Positions 1 to 11,837 of a stretch of DNA of 64,000 nucleotides are shown in pieces. Under the pieces are notes generated by a model. It was not told where the DNA came from. It did no database searches and saw only the letters and a list, made by a program, of their open reading frames with translations. A program made the translations under genes and the position numbers. Within the stretch, counting starts at the first letter, position 1. Every line of letters begins with the position of its first letter. Origin of the DNA: Lingula anatina (Eukaryota; Animalia; Brachiopoda). The stretch spans positions 19,668,567 through 19,732,566 of the forward strand of contig CM120649.1 of NCBI GenBank assembly GCA_051362555.1. Direction: 5' to 3'.

Positions 1-1314
1 TTTTCTGTTGGTCTCGGCTATCAATTCTGTTGGCACTTCCTTATCAGCCATAGGTGGTGCTGTTGCTGGAACCTGGAACAATTTAACATGACAAAGATGC
101 ACACAAGAAATAACAATGTTTTTTGTTAAACAAAAACCACCTACAGTTTTTTTAGCACACAGAACTGATAAACTGGTGCAAATTAAACATCTCAGGACTA
201 TTGCTACCTGCTGCTTCGCTTCTACCTCCGCCCTCTGCCGTGCCGCATGTGCACGCATTCTGGCTGCTTCCTCCAGTGGATGACGCAGTGTTTCTGGACT
301 GCCAGCCAGGATAGGCTCCTCTTGAAATTCAGGAACATCCATATCTGTTTGCTTTGGCACATCCAAGCCACCTACGTCAGTGTGTGGCTGAGGACCAGTG
401 GCTCCATCTTCAGATGAGTTGCTGGTGATGGTATGCTGGGATAGGGTGGCCGTTGAGGTGACACCTGAGCTAGAGGATTCTGGGGAAAATACACCATTCT
501 GTTATTTAATACTGTACTTCCACTGTTTTCTTAGGACATGATTTACCAAAGAACTCAAGACAATAGCATATCATCAATCAGATGACAACATCTGATGACA
601 GAAATGTTGCAACTTGAAATCAATGTGGACAGCTGACATTAAAGCATTACAATATAAAATAGGACAACTGCTGACTTTTGCCTTCAGTTTATATTTTGAC
701 TTCCAGATATCAGCCAGAGTAAATAACTGACATTTATTCCTAAAGTTCGAAAATATATGTCAACTTTGCCAATATGTTAAATCATCAGTTGCCTGTTGCA
801 GGAAAGACACCTACCTGATGTCTTCAGAGGTTTTCTGAGTGTCTCAGAGTCTGGTTCTGGCAGGTCTGCTCTGGTCTTCCAGGAGTCCCTCTGACTTTTG
901 ATCTTTTCCATCAGCTTTTTCAACATGCTTTCTGAATATGGAGAAAAAGAAAGGTTCAAAAGATCAACATGCATTAAAGATTATGCCCCATCTTTCCAGT
1001 GTTCTCAAGGATATCCAAGCTGAAGAAGATGACTGTCTTTTACAGACAGTTTGTAATGGGTTATTCATGCAAGGTATTTTCAATGCACAAAGAACTAAAA
1101 CATCAGCAGTATGTTTCTGTCCAGCAGGTTTATCTAACGAAAAGCAGAAATCGTTCTTTTTATTAACATTTATTTTTTTCCCTTCTTATTTATAATAAGC
1201 ACAAAGTTAAGGCGCCTACATGTCATTTTCATAAACATCAAAACTGAACTAACAGACATGAGGGAAAATGTAGGCAAAGATAGACCCCCCCCCCAAAAAA
1301 AAAAAAAAAAAAAA

Positions 1315-1345
<31 letters not shown>

Positions 1346-4290
1346 ATATACTAAAATAAAATGACGACATAGCTGGGATAACGCTAACACTCGCCAATTT
1401 AGCCAAATGCTAAAATTGACTTAAATTGGCTAAAGAAAAAGGGCTTGATTTGACATGTTTTAGCCAAATTATAACCATTTTGGTAACAAAATGACAAAAA
1501 TGTGGTGATTTGGCTAAGCGAAAAAAAATTGTTAGCGCTACCCCAGCATAGTTATTACCATTTTTCTGATCCCGACTCATTTTTTCTGCTAGAGGGACAT
1601 TGGTGACATCTTGTAGAGCAGGTACCCTGGAAGCAGCAGCCTGTGGCCTGGGGTAAGACTGTGGAGGAGTGACCCTGGACCTGGGGTAGGCCTCGGGGCC
1701 TGTCTGAGTAGGCTGCAGTCTGGGGTAGGTCTTGGGTCCTTCTTCCACCTCTGATAAATCCAGGCTGGCAGTGGTGGAGGGGGTGTCAGGTGGGGGGTGG
1801 GGGTCCAGAGCCAAGGTCACGTCCCCTGTGTAGTCTGCAAATATGTAATGTCAAAATAAGTCAAGTCTAAGACCCCATTCCCACAGATTTTAGATCGATC
1901 TTACCCTGTGGGGAGTTTCACTAGATAACTGTCAGCTTAGCCGGCTTAAATGTCTGTCCCGCCTACTAAAAGCTGTAAGGGGGTAATTAACTACCGTGTG
2001 CGCTTGGCTGACAGCAATTTAGCCTGAACCCCCAGGGAGTTTGGTCAATGCAGATGGATCGATCTAAATCTCTGGGAATGCAGTCTAAGTCTTGTATACA
2101 GTACCAGAGCAATAAATCACTGTGTGCCTGGCATTATTCTGATTCTGATCCAGTTTAAGGGTTAGACATCACCAACTGAGTAAAATCTACCAGAAAAATT
2201 AATCTACTGGTCAAAATAGTTTACAGAAAACTAAACTTGAACAAACTTTGATACATGGTATTGAATAATTTGCCATTCTGATACAGTCTTAATTTTTCTC
2301 TTAATTTTTGTTTTTTTATCTATATGTGTGTGCATGCGTGCTTGCGTGTGTAACAGCAGACGAGTCTCCCACTAGAGTTCACCTGTTTCAGCCAGGTACA
2401 TGTCTTCAAAGGCCCTCTCCAGCCCTCCCTGCTTGTCTGTCTTCTCTTCAAGTCTCTTGCTGGGTGGGAGGAAGATTTTCTTCTACAAAATGTGAACAAT
2501 GAAGTTGACAGTAGGCTCTAATTTAAAAACAGGTTCTCTTTAAAATCAGATATTAAGTAACAGATGTCAATCTAGAAAAACAGAAGTGGGTGATTTTCAT
2601 CATAGTTTGTGGCAACTTCTTAAACTTTGCTGAAATTAGTGTTGGTTTTTTAAAAAAAATCTTAGCTTAAATAAAATAAACAAGTAATATAGACTTTAAG
2701 TTTTTTTCTATTTAAATTAAACAAATTCAATCTCCTTACTGGGATATTGGCCACCAGATGTTGTCTCTTCAGTATATCTGCTCTCTCCAGCTCAGCCAGG
2801 TGAACCAACAGATTCTTGTAGTCCTGAAATGGCACAAAATCCTTTACTTAAGCCATCAAATAATCTTTTTTCCATCTGTTGTTTGGAGTCAACTAATAAT
2901 AGATTGAATATTTGCAAATGTCAAGACGATTTTTTTCATTGGAAAAAAAACTTATGGTTCATTGTAGTTTCAGATTGAGCCCAAAATGTCTGCTCATTAT
3001 GGAATTTGATCAAGTTTCAGAATTTGATTTGATACAAAATTTTAAGAAACTGCAAACTGAAGCAGTTCCAATGAGAGCAAAAGAGCTGTTTTCCCCCAAA
3101 GAAGACTAAAGAATTCAAGAAAACGTATCCATATTAAAATATGCTAAGAATGCCTGTTTTCTCGGCCTCCTACTTCTTTGAGAACCTCCTGCTGCACAGC
3201 ATGTTGATGTCTAAGTCTAGCCTTCTCCGTCTGTTCCTGGTTGGAGCGCAGATCTTTCAGCTGCTGTTCTGCAATCCTCTCTGCTTCCTCTGTGGCAGCT
3301 GCTTTTGCATCTCCCTAAAATTTACGTAATATAGTTCAGATAACTGCTACAGTTTGAAGTTACTCTTACTGTGTTCAGGGGTTCAAAATTAACATTATGA
3401 AAAAAATTATATCATTTTAACTGAAGGCAGCATGTAACCATTGAAAATAATGGTTTAATATGTGAATATTAATAAAAAAATGAAATAAAAAAAATAATTA
3501 TCCACTGTATATTAACTGCACACAAAAAAGGATATCCAGGATTACCAGTGTGTTCTTCACAAACAGTGAACCTTCACAGAGGAAAAAACAATTATACCAC
3601 TTCAATGAATTACCACAACAGAAAAAGAAAATTTCTGGCTCAATTATCATATAATGAAGATACATTTAATACCAGCAGCTCCTCACCCATTCCTCTCTGT
3701 CTGCTCTGTCTACTATGTAGTCTTCCTGGAGGTGGTAGTGGAGAAAACATTATATTAAGTTCACTCACCCATTCCTCTCTGTCTGCTCTGTCTACTATAT
3801 AGTCCTCCTGGAGGTGGTAGTAGAGAAAACATTATATTAAGTTCACTCACCCATTCCTCTCTGTCTGCTCTGTCTACTATATAGTCCTCCTGGAGGTGGT
3901 AGTAGAGAAAACATTATATTAAGTTCACTCACCCATTCCTCTCTGTCTGCTCTGTCTACTATATAGTCCTCCTGGAGGTGGTAATGAGTGGTGGAGAAAG
4001 CATCCACATCTGTCAACTGGACTGGTTTCACTGGAGATAGAGATGCCACATAGGTATATACATATTGGTACTGCAATTATATATCTAACTACCATTTGAA
4101 TATTCTGATGGCTCAGTTATGGATTCCAAAAACGTTCATTATAAAATCATTAGACTGAATCAGAATTTATTTATATCAAAATTACAAGAACAAATATAAC
4201 TGGATTGGACCTTGTACATTTTTCTGTAAGAGGAATCTGTTACTCTTACGAGCTTGATAGCAAATGTCTGTGTGTGCGTGCGTGCGTGTG

Positions 4291-4321
<31 letters not shown>

Positions 4322-6144
4322 ATGTGTGTGACAGCAGCAGAATCCCAACTCTCACCTTTAGTAGTGTCCAGTTGTAGTACCAGAGGGTCTGGGGGAGGAG
4401 GGGGAAGACTGGCTATCATGGCCGCTCTCACTCTCTCCTGCTCTAGGGCTAGTTGTCTGAATACAAACACAATATAAATTAATAAATATATCTTTATTTC
4501 AAAGCAATAAATTTATATTTCAATTAACAGACAAAAAAAAAAAAAAAAAAAAAAAATTACCGAGTAGTAACAGACTACTTTCCTAAAATGATTATATATA
4601 TAAAAATGAATAAATAAATATATTCTTTTCTTATAACTAAAAAAATATTGGCCTCACAGTGCAATATTTGTTTATAGTAAATAATTATAAATTCCACATG
4701 TTACCTTGCCACTATATACTTGTTCTCTTCCTGATCTTTCAAAGCTTTGTCACGTTTCACTTTGGCCAGTGCTTTCTTGTGTCTCATGTCGGCCATCTTG
4801 GTGTCTTCACGCAGCTTGATGTACACTTCCTCTGCTTTGTCATCCTAAATAATAACAACACTCAACAATTTGTGATATGTTACTTTTTGAAAAGTGAAAG
4901 ACAGGACTCGTGAAAACTGAACCTGTCAAAAAATTCTACCAAATGAACTCAAGGCCCTCATTTTACAATAATTATGGTAAACCAACCACACTCTAGGTTT
5001 GAAAGTAAATATCAACTTTTCAAATATATACTTACTACAAATGATGTTAAACTAAACACTATGATAGTGAAATCCAGTATCCACATTACATCAGAACAGG
5101 AAAATCAAAATATACAGGACTGATATACCAAAGACTGTATACTTCAAAATCTATAACCTCAATCCTGGTGTTTCAACACTCACAAACTGCTCGGCCTCCC
5201 TGTGGCCTTCCCCTATGGTCTTCAAACAGTTCTCATACAGCGTCTCCAGCTCATGGATTTTTTCTGCTTTTTCTTTCTCATATTCAGCCTGGATGAAATG
5301 AATGGAAAAGTAAATAGAAATTTATTACTGTAGCCGAGTTGAATGCTCATTTTCAATGTGGTGATGTGTTAGAAAAAAAAAGAGAGGAAGAAGACCCACT
5401 GTTATATCCTGCGTACAGTGTCAACACCATATGTATACAATACATCATTTATAGAACACTCAAGTGACTGGCATCACTTCAGCAAATGGAGCTGTATTCA
5501 AGAAACTTTTTTTTCATAATAAATTTCTAGAGGAGATGACAAATGAATTTTCTTTTAGAAAAAGCCCATTTCCTTTAAATTCATCAAAATAATAGAACAT
5601 GTGAGCACAACAAAATTCTAAATCTAAACTAAAAAGATGGACGGCTGATCTCCATTTCTTCTTATGTTTGTTGCAGGTCATAAGCACATCTATGAAAATA
5701 TTATTGATAAATGGCAGATCCCCCGTTTCTTTTTGAGTAAGAGTAGAAAAACATACCATTATTTCTTCGGCAAGTTTCTGCAACTCTTTTGCTCTGGCAT
5801 CTTTGACAGCCTGTCTTACTTTGGCTGCATCAGCTTTGGCTTGCTCTCGGACCTGGAACAGAATATCAATTGTAAAATCATGCCTGATTATAAATGTTAC
5901 ATGTATATAAAATTAAAAACTACAAAGATTAATTAAAAATTTAAAGTAATAAAAGTTAAAGGAGACAATTTAATCAAATCATTTTTAAAATAAAAAGCTC
6001 TCTGATTTTTTATCATAATACCATTATTTTCAGTACAATTACCTGCACTATTCTTGCTATTCTCCTTTTCTGTTTCTCTTCCTTCACCAACTGGTCCACT
6101 TCATTAGGACTGAGTCTGTATCGGGACACTTTACTCTTTGACAT
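1..6144 (-). CDS. CEP295: Centrosomal protein 295 (KIAA1731/Ana1 family), 5' part; gene continues beyond the left edge
   Basis: Exons with GT-AG sites read MSKSKVSRYRLSPNEVDQLVKEEKQKRRIARIVQ (6043-6144) | VREQAKADAAKVRQAVKDARAKELQKLAEEIM (5757-5852) | AEYEKEKAEKIHELETLYENCLKTIGEGHREAEQF (~5184-5288). This matches the conserved CEP295 N-terminus (RLSPNE...VREQ...GEGHR). Further exons lie near 4705-4844, 4335-4456, 3933-4030, 3170-3315, 2739-2823 and below; their boundaries are approximate. Confidence 0.9.
1871..2085. mobile_element. Palindromic MITE, PIF/Harbinger-type (family copy 1)
   Basis: Imperfect TIRs GACCCCATTCCCACAGATTTTAGATCGATC...GATCGATCTAAATCTCTGGGAATGCAGTC, with TAA on both flanks. 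A related copy lies at ~30755-30915. Confidence 0.7.
3682..3985. repeat. 82-bp tandem repeat x4 made of a CEP295 exon end plus its splice donor
   Basis: CTCACCCATTCCTCTCTGTCTGC... recurs at 3682, 3764, 3846 and 3928. The rightmost copy is the real exon end (EDYIVDRADREEW|gtgagt). Confidence 0.9.
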
Positions 6145-6599
6145 CCTACAATGTGTTGGGGGATGAAATATTAACAATGAATCAGTAACTCAAAATACTT
6201 CTATATTTTTTAATCAATAGAATTTCTACGACTAGGCAATCAAAAAATTCAAAACATTTACCCTTTCTCTCAAAACTGACTCCATAGACTGCTACTGATA
6301 ACGAGCGATCATTATCAGCATAAGATACACGCCATTACAACTTTCACTAGAACCTCATTCTACAGTAAGTGCCGAAGAAGTGGAAGTTCACACTGTCAAA
6401 ACATCAACAATGTCACAATGTTTACGGACAGTATTTTAATGAAATGATAGCTATTGGCTGTAAACTTTCGGAATTGCATGCTGATTTTGATTAAGAAATA
6501 TAAATTCAATGTAAACAAAATGAGTTTTAAACACATTACTCAGATGGACAAATTAAATGCAGCAAGTAATGAAATGTGTACCTTTTTGACCAGCTGTAA

Positions 6600-6700
6600 C
6601 AATCTCAACGCTGTGTGTATTCAAAAATGGCGGTCGCCGTTCCAGTTTACGACATCTGTTACGACATAAGTCATGTTTACTTCCGGTGAGCAGACAGCCT
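6600..6700. promoter_or_regulatory. Probable bidirectional promoter CEP295/SMCO4
   Basis: Lies between divergent genes and is locally CpG-rich. Contains a YY1-like AAAATGGCGG (~6624) and an ETS-like ACTTCCGG (~6679). Confidence 0.5.
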
Positions 6701-7273
6701 TTCTTTTGCTTGTGGGATTTGCTGACGTTGCTCCTCTCTGTTAAGGCCTGCGTTTATTTTTTAATTTCATTGAGTTACTTTGAGGTAAGAAAGAACATTA
6801 GCTTGTTTATAATAATAGTTATATGTTATATTTTTGCAGCATTTATGTCGTGGGATGATTTTCTATCTTTATATTAAGTATGCGTCCGAATTTTTGCTAA
6901 TTTCACACTTTGTTGAACACGTAACGCTGAAAGAAGGGCACGACAAAAGTAGAGTGCTGGGGTGATTTTAATGTGAGACCTGTCTTCGAGTTTTACTTGA
7001 TATATATACGAATGACATTTTTTCATTTATTGTTACTATCATTATTATTTAACATTGAATTCGATCCATGTAGGCATACATACATTATATCTGTGCTTGA
7101 TGCATCCAAGGAGTTCCAACAAACTAGAACTCCTTGATTTGGCTAAAAGAAATCACACACTACTGGCACAGTCTATTGTAGAGTGATAGCAGCAATAGGT
7201 CTCTAGAAGGTCTTTGTTACTTTTACAGATAAAATAATTTCCAGCTTGATTTACAAGGGAGACAGCTACAAAG

Positions 7274-7450
7274 ATGAGGCAGCTAAAAGGGAAAGTGAAA
7301 GAGAACAAGAAAGAAAAGAGAGAAAGAAGAATGGACAATTTAAAGAATAAGGAAAGGATATACACAGTTGTGCTTCCAGTGTTCTTCACAATAGCGACTC
7401 TGATTGCTTTGTATGTATATGTTAATACAAGACCAAAGATTCAAAACTGA
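7274..7450 (+). CDS. SMCO4: Single-pass membrane protein with coiled-coil domains 4 (58 aa; below the ORF-track cutoff)
   Basis: Translates as MRQLKGKVKENKKEKRERRMDNLKNKERIYTVVLPVFFTIATLIALYVYVNTRPKIQN*. The MRQLKGK start, TVVLP TM segment and VYV.TRP end match SMCO4. Confidence 0.93.
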   Translation: MRQLKGKVKENKKEKRERRMDNLKNKERIYTVVLPVFFTIATLIALYVYVNTRPKIQN

Positions 7451-8800
7451 AGAGAAAGATGGCAGAAGATTTGTGTTGTTCCCAATTCAAAAGAACAGGA
7501 AATTTAAGGACCAAAGCTTACGCTTACAACTGTTATACCTAAACCATTCTGACTTTGTTAAATGTACAAGGGCTTCCTAATTTTTCCTTAACAGCTGTGC
7601 CTTGCATATATTTTCATATTCAGATTTTTCTACTCTTAACTATTTGAAAAAAAAAAAAAAAAAAAAAAAAAAAACTGGAGATGAGGATGGAAAAAGTACC
7701 CGATAGTAGAGGAGAAGACTTCTAAACACATACAGTACTAGTATATTGGCAACCAGTAAAAATTTGTTGACAGGAAATATTGAATTTTTAGGATCAAAAT
7801 TCATTTTTTTCTTATTTCTTTCATTCCTGGGAGGTGGATCGCATAATATCATAGTTATTTTTGATGTTTTGCCACCAATTATTTTTAATGGTCTCAGCAA
7901 CAGAACAGATGAATGCAGTGCAATTTACAATGATTTAATGAAGTTTTTTTGCCTGCCTACTTCAAATTATAGGCAGCCATCTACCTTTTAGAAATGCTTA
8001 GCACTCAACACTAGTCTGTTTCACCTTTCATATTAAACTTTTTGACTAGTAACATCCTTGATATTACAATATGTTAAGACTGTTCAGTAGGTTTCAAGTG
8101 AATTTTAACACATGAAAGAGGCAGTTATATGTCTTCCATTGCCAGTACCTTCACATAATAAAAATATACTGTAAGATCAGAAGAGCCATTGGCAATAAAC
8201 TATACCATCTGATTTCTCTTGGATATGGACCTTGCTGCAGACTGTTATTGTTGATATGTTAGAGGAAATACAATATGATAATATCATTGTTATTCAGAAA
8301 ATAAAAAAACATTACTTGAGTTACATATTCTACACTTGTTTTTTTTTTTTTTTTTCATCTTAGCTAGAACAGAAAAACTTTGCATGTCCATCTTGTGTCT
8401 GAAAATGATGCCAGTTTTGAAAGTTTCATGTCTCTGTAATTGGTGGGAGAACCCCAGATAACTTATTATATCTTTCAAATAATAAGTCATGAAATGCAAT
8501 TTACTTGTAAAAATCATTTTATTATTATTATACAATTTATACAAATGATTTGCCTCTTTACCAATAATTGCAGTTGTATTTTACAGAAAATCCTGTACAA
8601 AGAAATTTAATATGCATTCATCATTGCACTATTTTCTGCTGAGTGAAGAATAACAATGCATGTAACTGAAACTCCTTAAACAGCTGATGAAATTCAATAA
8701 CAACTTTCTTGGCCTGTTGATCTCAATTACTCCTGAGAAGTTTACACTGCAAGTGGATATTTTGTTTATCAAGCACTCCATAAAGTGTTTCCCCCATTTC

Positions 8801-8836
<36 letters not shown>

Positions 8837-8938
8837 AAATTTAATAAAAAATCACATTTATCATTAAATGAACACTGGTCACTTCTTGAATCTCTTTTCA
8901 TTATCTTTTGTCAACATCCAAAACAGTGGTACATAAGT

Positions 8939-9110
8939 GATGATATATTCCACTCTAGGACGTCTGATTTTCCCCAATAAGTGGTCAAATATTCCGGACT
9001 ATGTGGTCAAATACTTTGAACCAAAAGGTCAGATATTCTGGAACAAATGGTCAAATACTTCAGACCAAGTGGTCTTATATTCCAGACAAAGTGGTCAAAT
9101 ATTCCGGACA
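8939..9110. repeat. 22-bp minisatellite overlapping the COMMD2 stop codon and 3' UTR
   Basis: GGTCAAATATTCCGGAC-like units recur at 8983, 9005, 9027, 9049, 9071 and 9093. The last unit is the end of the coding sequence. Confidence 0.8.
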
Positions 9111-11032
9111 ATCCTCCTGCAGTGTTGGGACTTCATCTCCTGCAGGGCTTTGTCCAGCACATTGGTCATGTGGACCAAGTTACTGGGGTCAGTCTGTAAG
9201 ACTTGTGTGTGCCTCTCACCAGAGTCAGCAATGTGCAGTTTCAGTAATATCGTAGGGTCTATTTGATGCTTGAGGGAGCGACTGGCAAGCTGGAAGATGA
9301 ACGAGAAAACATGGTAGAACTAGGAGTTAAGTTGTGATTTTTTTCAGTCAAGAGCTAGCATTTAAGATGTTGTTTATATCCAATATTTTGATGCCTTTCT
9401 AGTCTAGTTTTTTTTTTTTTTTTAGCAGAACTTTGAACACAATTTGAGGTACTAAGAGAAGTTTTATTAAAACCAAGTGATATAGAGAAGTTTTTATGAA
9501 TACTGGGATAAAATCAATTTTTATTCTGCTCATCATCATCAAGAACAGGAGGTTTACTTTCATACGACAAGTTTTAAGTTTTATGTTATCTACTGAAAAT
9601 ATTGAACAATGTAACAGCACATGCATCATCTACCTTGACATCAAACCTCCACTCTAAGTTGTGATAGTGGGGTAAATCCATGGACATCTCAGACAAAATA
9701 CATCTAATCTCCTTACGATTCTCTAAATATTGCTGAAGTAGGAGCCCCTTTAGGTCTTCAGGAAATCCCAGAGTCATGATGGAGTCTTGGAAGTCTATCT
9801 CATTGACCTAGGTATCAAAATGGAAACTGACATCATATAATTATGGACCATTAAAAAATATGTAATTAGAACTAAAATACATAATTTGAAGTTAAATTCA
9901 CAAATTAATGTCAAACTTCCAGTCCATCAATATGTGTGCACCACTATTTTTATGTCACTCAACTTTGATTTTAGAAGTTGAAAAACAAGTGTGTCAAAGT
10001 GAGGATGCTGGGGGCATGGGGGGGGGGGGGGGGGGGGTCTTAAATGCTTGAACTCACCATGAGTTTTGAGCTTTCTGTGAAAAGATACATTAAACCTTCT
10101 ACACCGTGCATCACAGTCTCTGCATCGACACCTAGTTTGGCTGAAGAAATTCAAAAGTACATTTTTAATCTCAGTATAGTTATCTTTCAGAAAATGACTT
10201 AGGGTACGCTCACAATAAATCTATGGGTACTTGCTTGCAGCCATTAACTCTATGGGGACTCTCAATGAATACAATCAGACACACAGATTAACACTCCTCC
10301 TGGTGCTGAGTAGATTACAGAAAAGCTGGTGATTACGTTTGTTGGAAAGAAAAGGATGTGTCTACTGAGTACTTGTGCTACATTTGTAAAACCAGTTCTC
10401 TACATAATATAAATATGTACATACACGCACAAGCACTTAAATTGAGCAGATGTTGAGGCATATTGAACATTGCAATTCCCATAAACACAACACAACCAAA
10501 TGCCTTTAATTTTATTAAATCAGTTAATTTTGGTAGAAAAATTAATACTTAGTAAGCAAATTTTACAAAACAAACTTACAGGCTGCCGCTTGGTACATTT
10601 TGGGGTTGCTTCCTTTTTTGATAAACCCCAGTGAAATCTTACAGAATTCTTGGACCACTGAAACATTTAAGCAGAAGATTTCAATGTTTCAGAATTACTT
10701 ACTGTGCATGTTGATCACGGACAATGTTAACGAATCATAATGTACATGAACGCACATCCATAGAAAATGTTATGTTACATAATTTGGGAAGTTTTAATTT
10801 AGTGCAATCATCTGGCATATCTCACACCTGCACACTTTAATTTCATCCTTTTTACTCAGTAAAACAAGTGCACTTAAGTGTACTGACCCGTGCGCCCCCC
10901 CCCCTTCCCCATTGTCTCCCTGTCTCTAAATATGACCCCCGTTTTCTCCAGCATATGACCCCTACCATCAAGACCAACGCTCGTCAGGAAGGCCAAGTGT
11001 TCCTTGTGCTCATCTTCAAGCATCAATAGCAT
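9095..11032 (-). CDS. COMMD2: COMM domain-containing protein 2
   Basis: Five exons (10966-11032, 10580-10657, 10058-10140, 9634-9807, 9095-9289) splice in frame: MLLMLEDEHKEHLAFL...HGVEGLMYLFTESSKLM...LPHYHNLEWRFDVKLASRSLK...LQTDP...HCRRIVRNI*. Confidence 0.96.
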
Positions 11033-11084
11033 GGCTGACAGTGTTTTTAAAACCTAAAACAGGGACGCAACAACAGGACCAAGA

Positions 11085-11200
11085 AGTTTCACTCCCACCC
11101 GGAAGCCGGAGTGATATAAACTAACGCATGCGCAACTTGCAAATCTAGTACCCACCAACAATAAATACGAGTACCCATTTACAGCACGCGCTGCAACTTC
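11085..11200. promoter_or_regulatory. Probable bidirectional promoter COMMD2/CEP63
   Basis: ETS-like CCGGAAG (~11099) and NRF1-like GCATGCGC (~11126) lie between the divergent genes. Confidence 0.5.
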
Positions 11201-11837
11201 GAAATTCAGTTCACGATAGTTACAATGAAATTTACCTTTCATTTAGGGCTTATGGCGTCAGATTCTAAGGTAAAATGTTAATGAATTTAGTATTTATGCA
11301 TTTATGTTAGGGGCACTGGTATTTAGTCCTTTGAGGCGATTGGTCAACTGCATCACATAATGCGATGCCATTCGTTTTGTTCAAATGTATGTGATAATCC
11401 TGAAGTTTCAGTAAAGGCAGTTAGTTAGGTGGGTTGCATCAATCAAGGATTAAATTGACCGAACTCATCAGCAGACTGCTATGCGCAGTGAATGCACTTT
11501 AGCGGAACAAGAATCATTTTTTAACTGACATGAGTTATTTCAGCTTATAAGTTTTTTCAATTTCGTTAGTTCTAGCTATCTGAGCACATATGAGAGAGAA
11601 GTGTATTGTAGCATGTACATAAAAAGGATCCTTTCTGTGATGATTGAATAAGTTGTAAGAGCTCGTAACTGTTTTGTATTCCTTGAGTATTTGTCTGCCA
11701 CTTTTTTTTTTAATTTAAGATTACTTGTAGTAGGCCAGTCCAAGGTTTTTGTATCAATATCATGACCAGTTAATTTATGAGGCATAAAATCATCTGCATT
11801 TATTTTTGTTAGCCCTAGTTTGATAACAGAGAGCACC

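Noticed and set aside
3150-3156. Possible GC-AG donor in CEP295
   Set aside because: A canonical GT donor (AAAGAA|gtagga) slightly upstream keeps the frame with the next exon.
11252-11269. Possible upstream coding exon MASDSK|gt for CEP63
   Set aside because: Neither nearby acceptor (11812, 11829) puts it in frame with the ATG at 11838; at most a 5' UTR exon or uORF.
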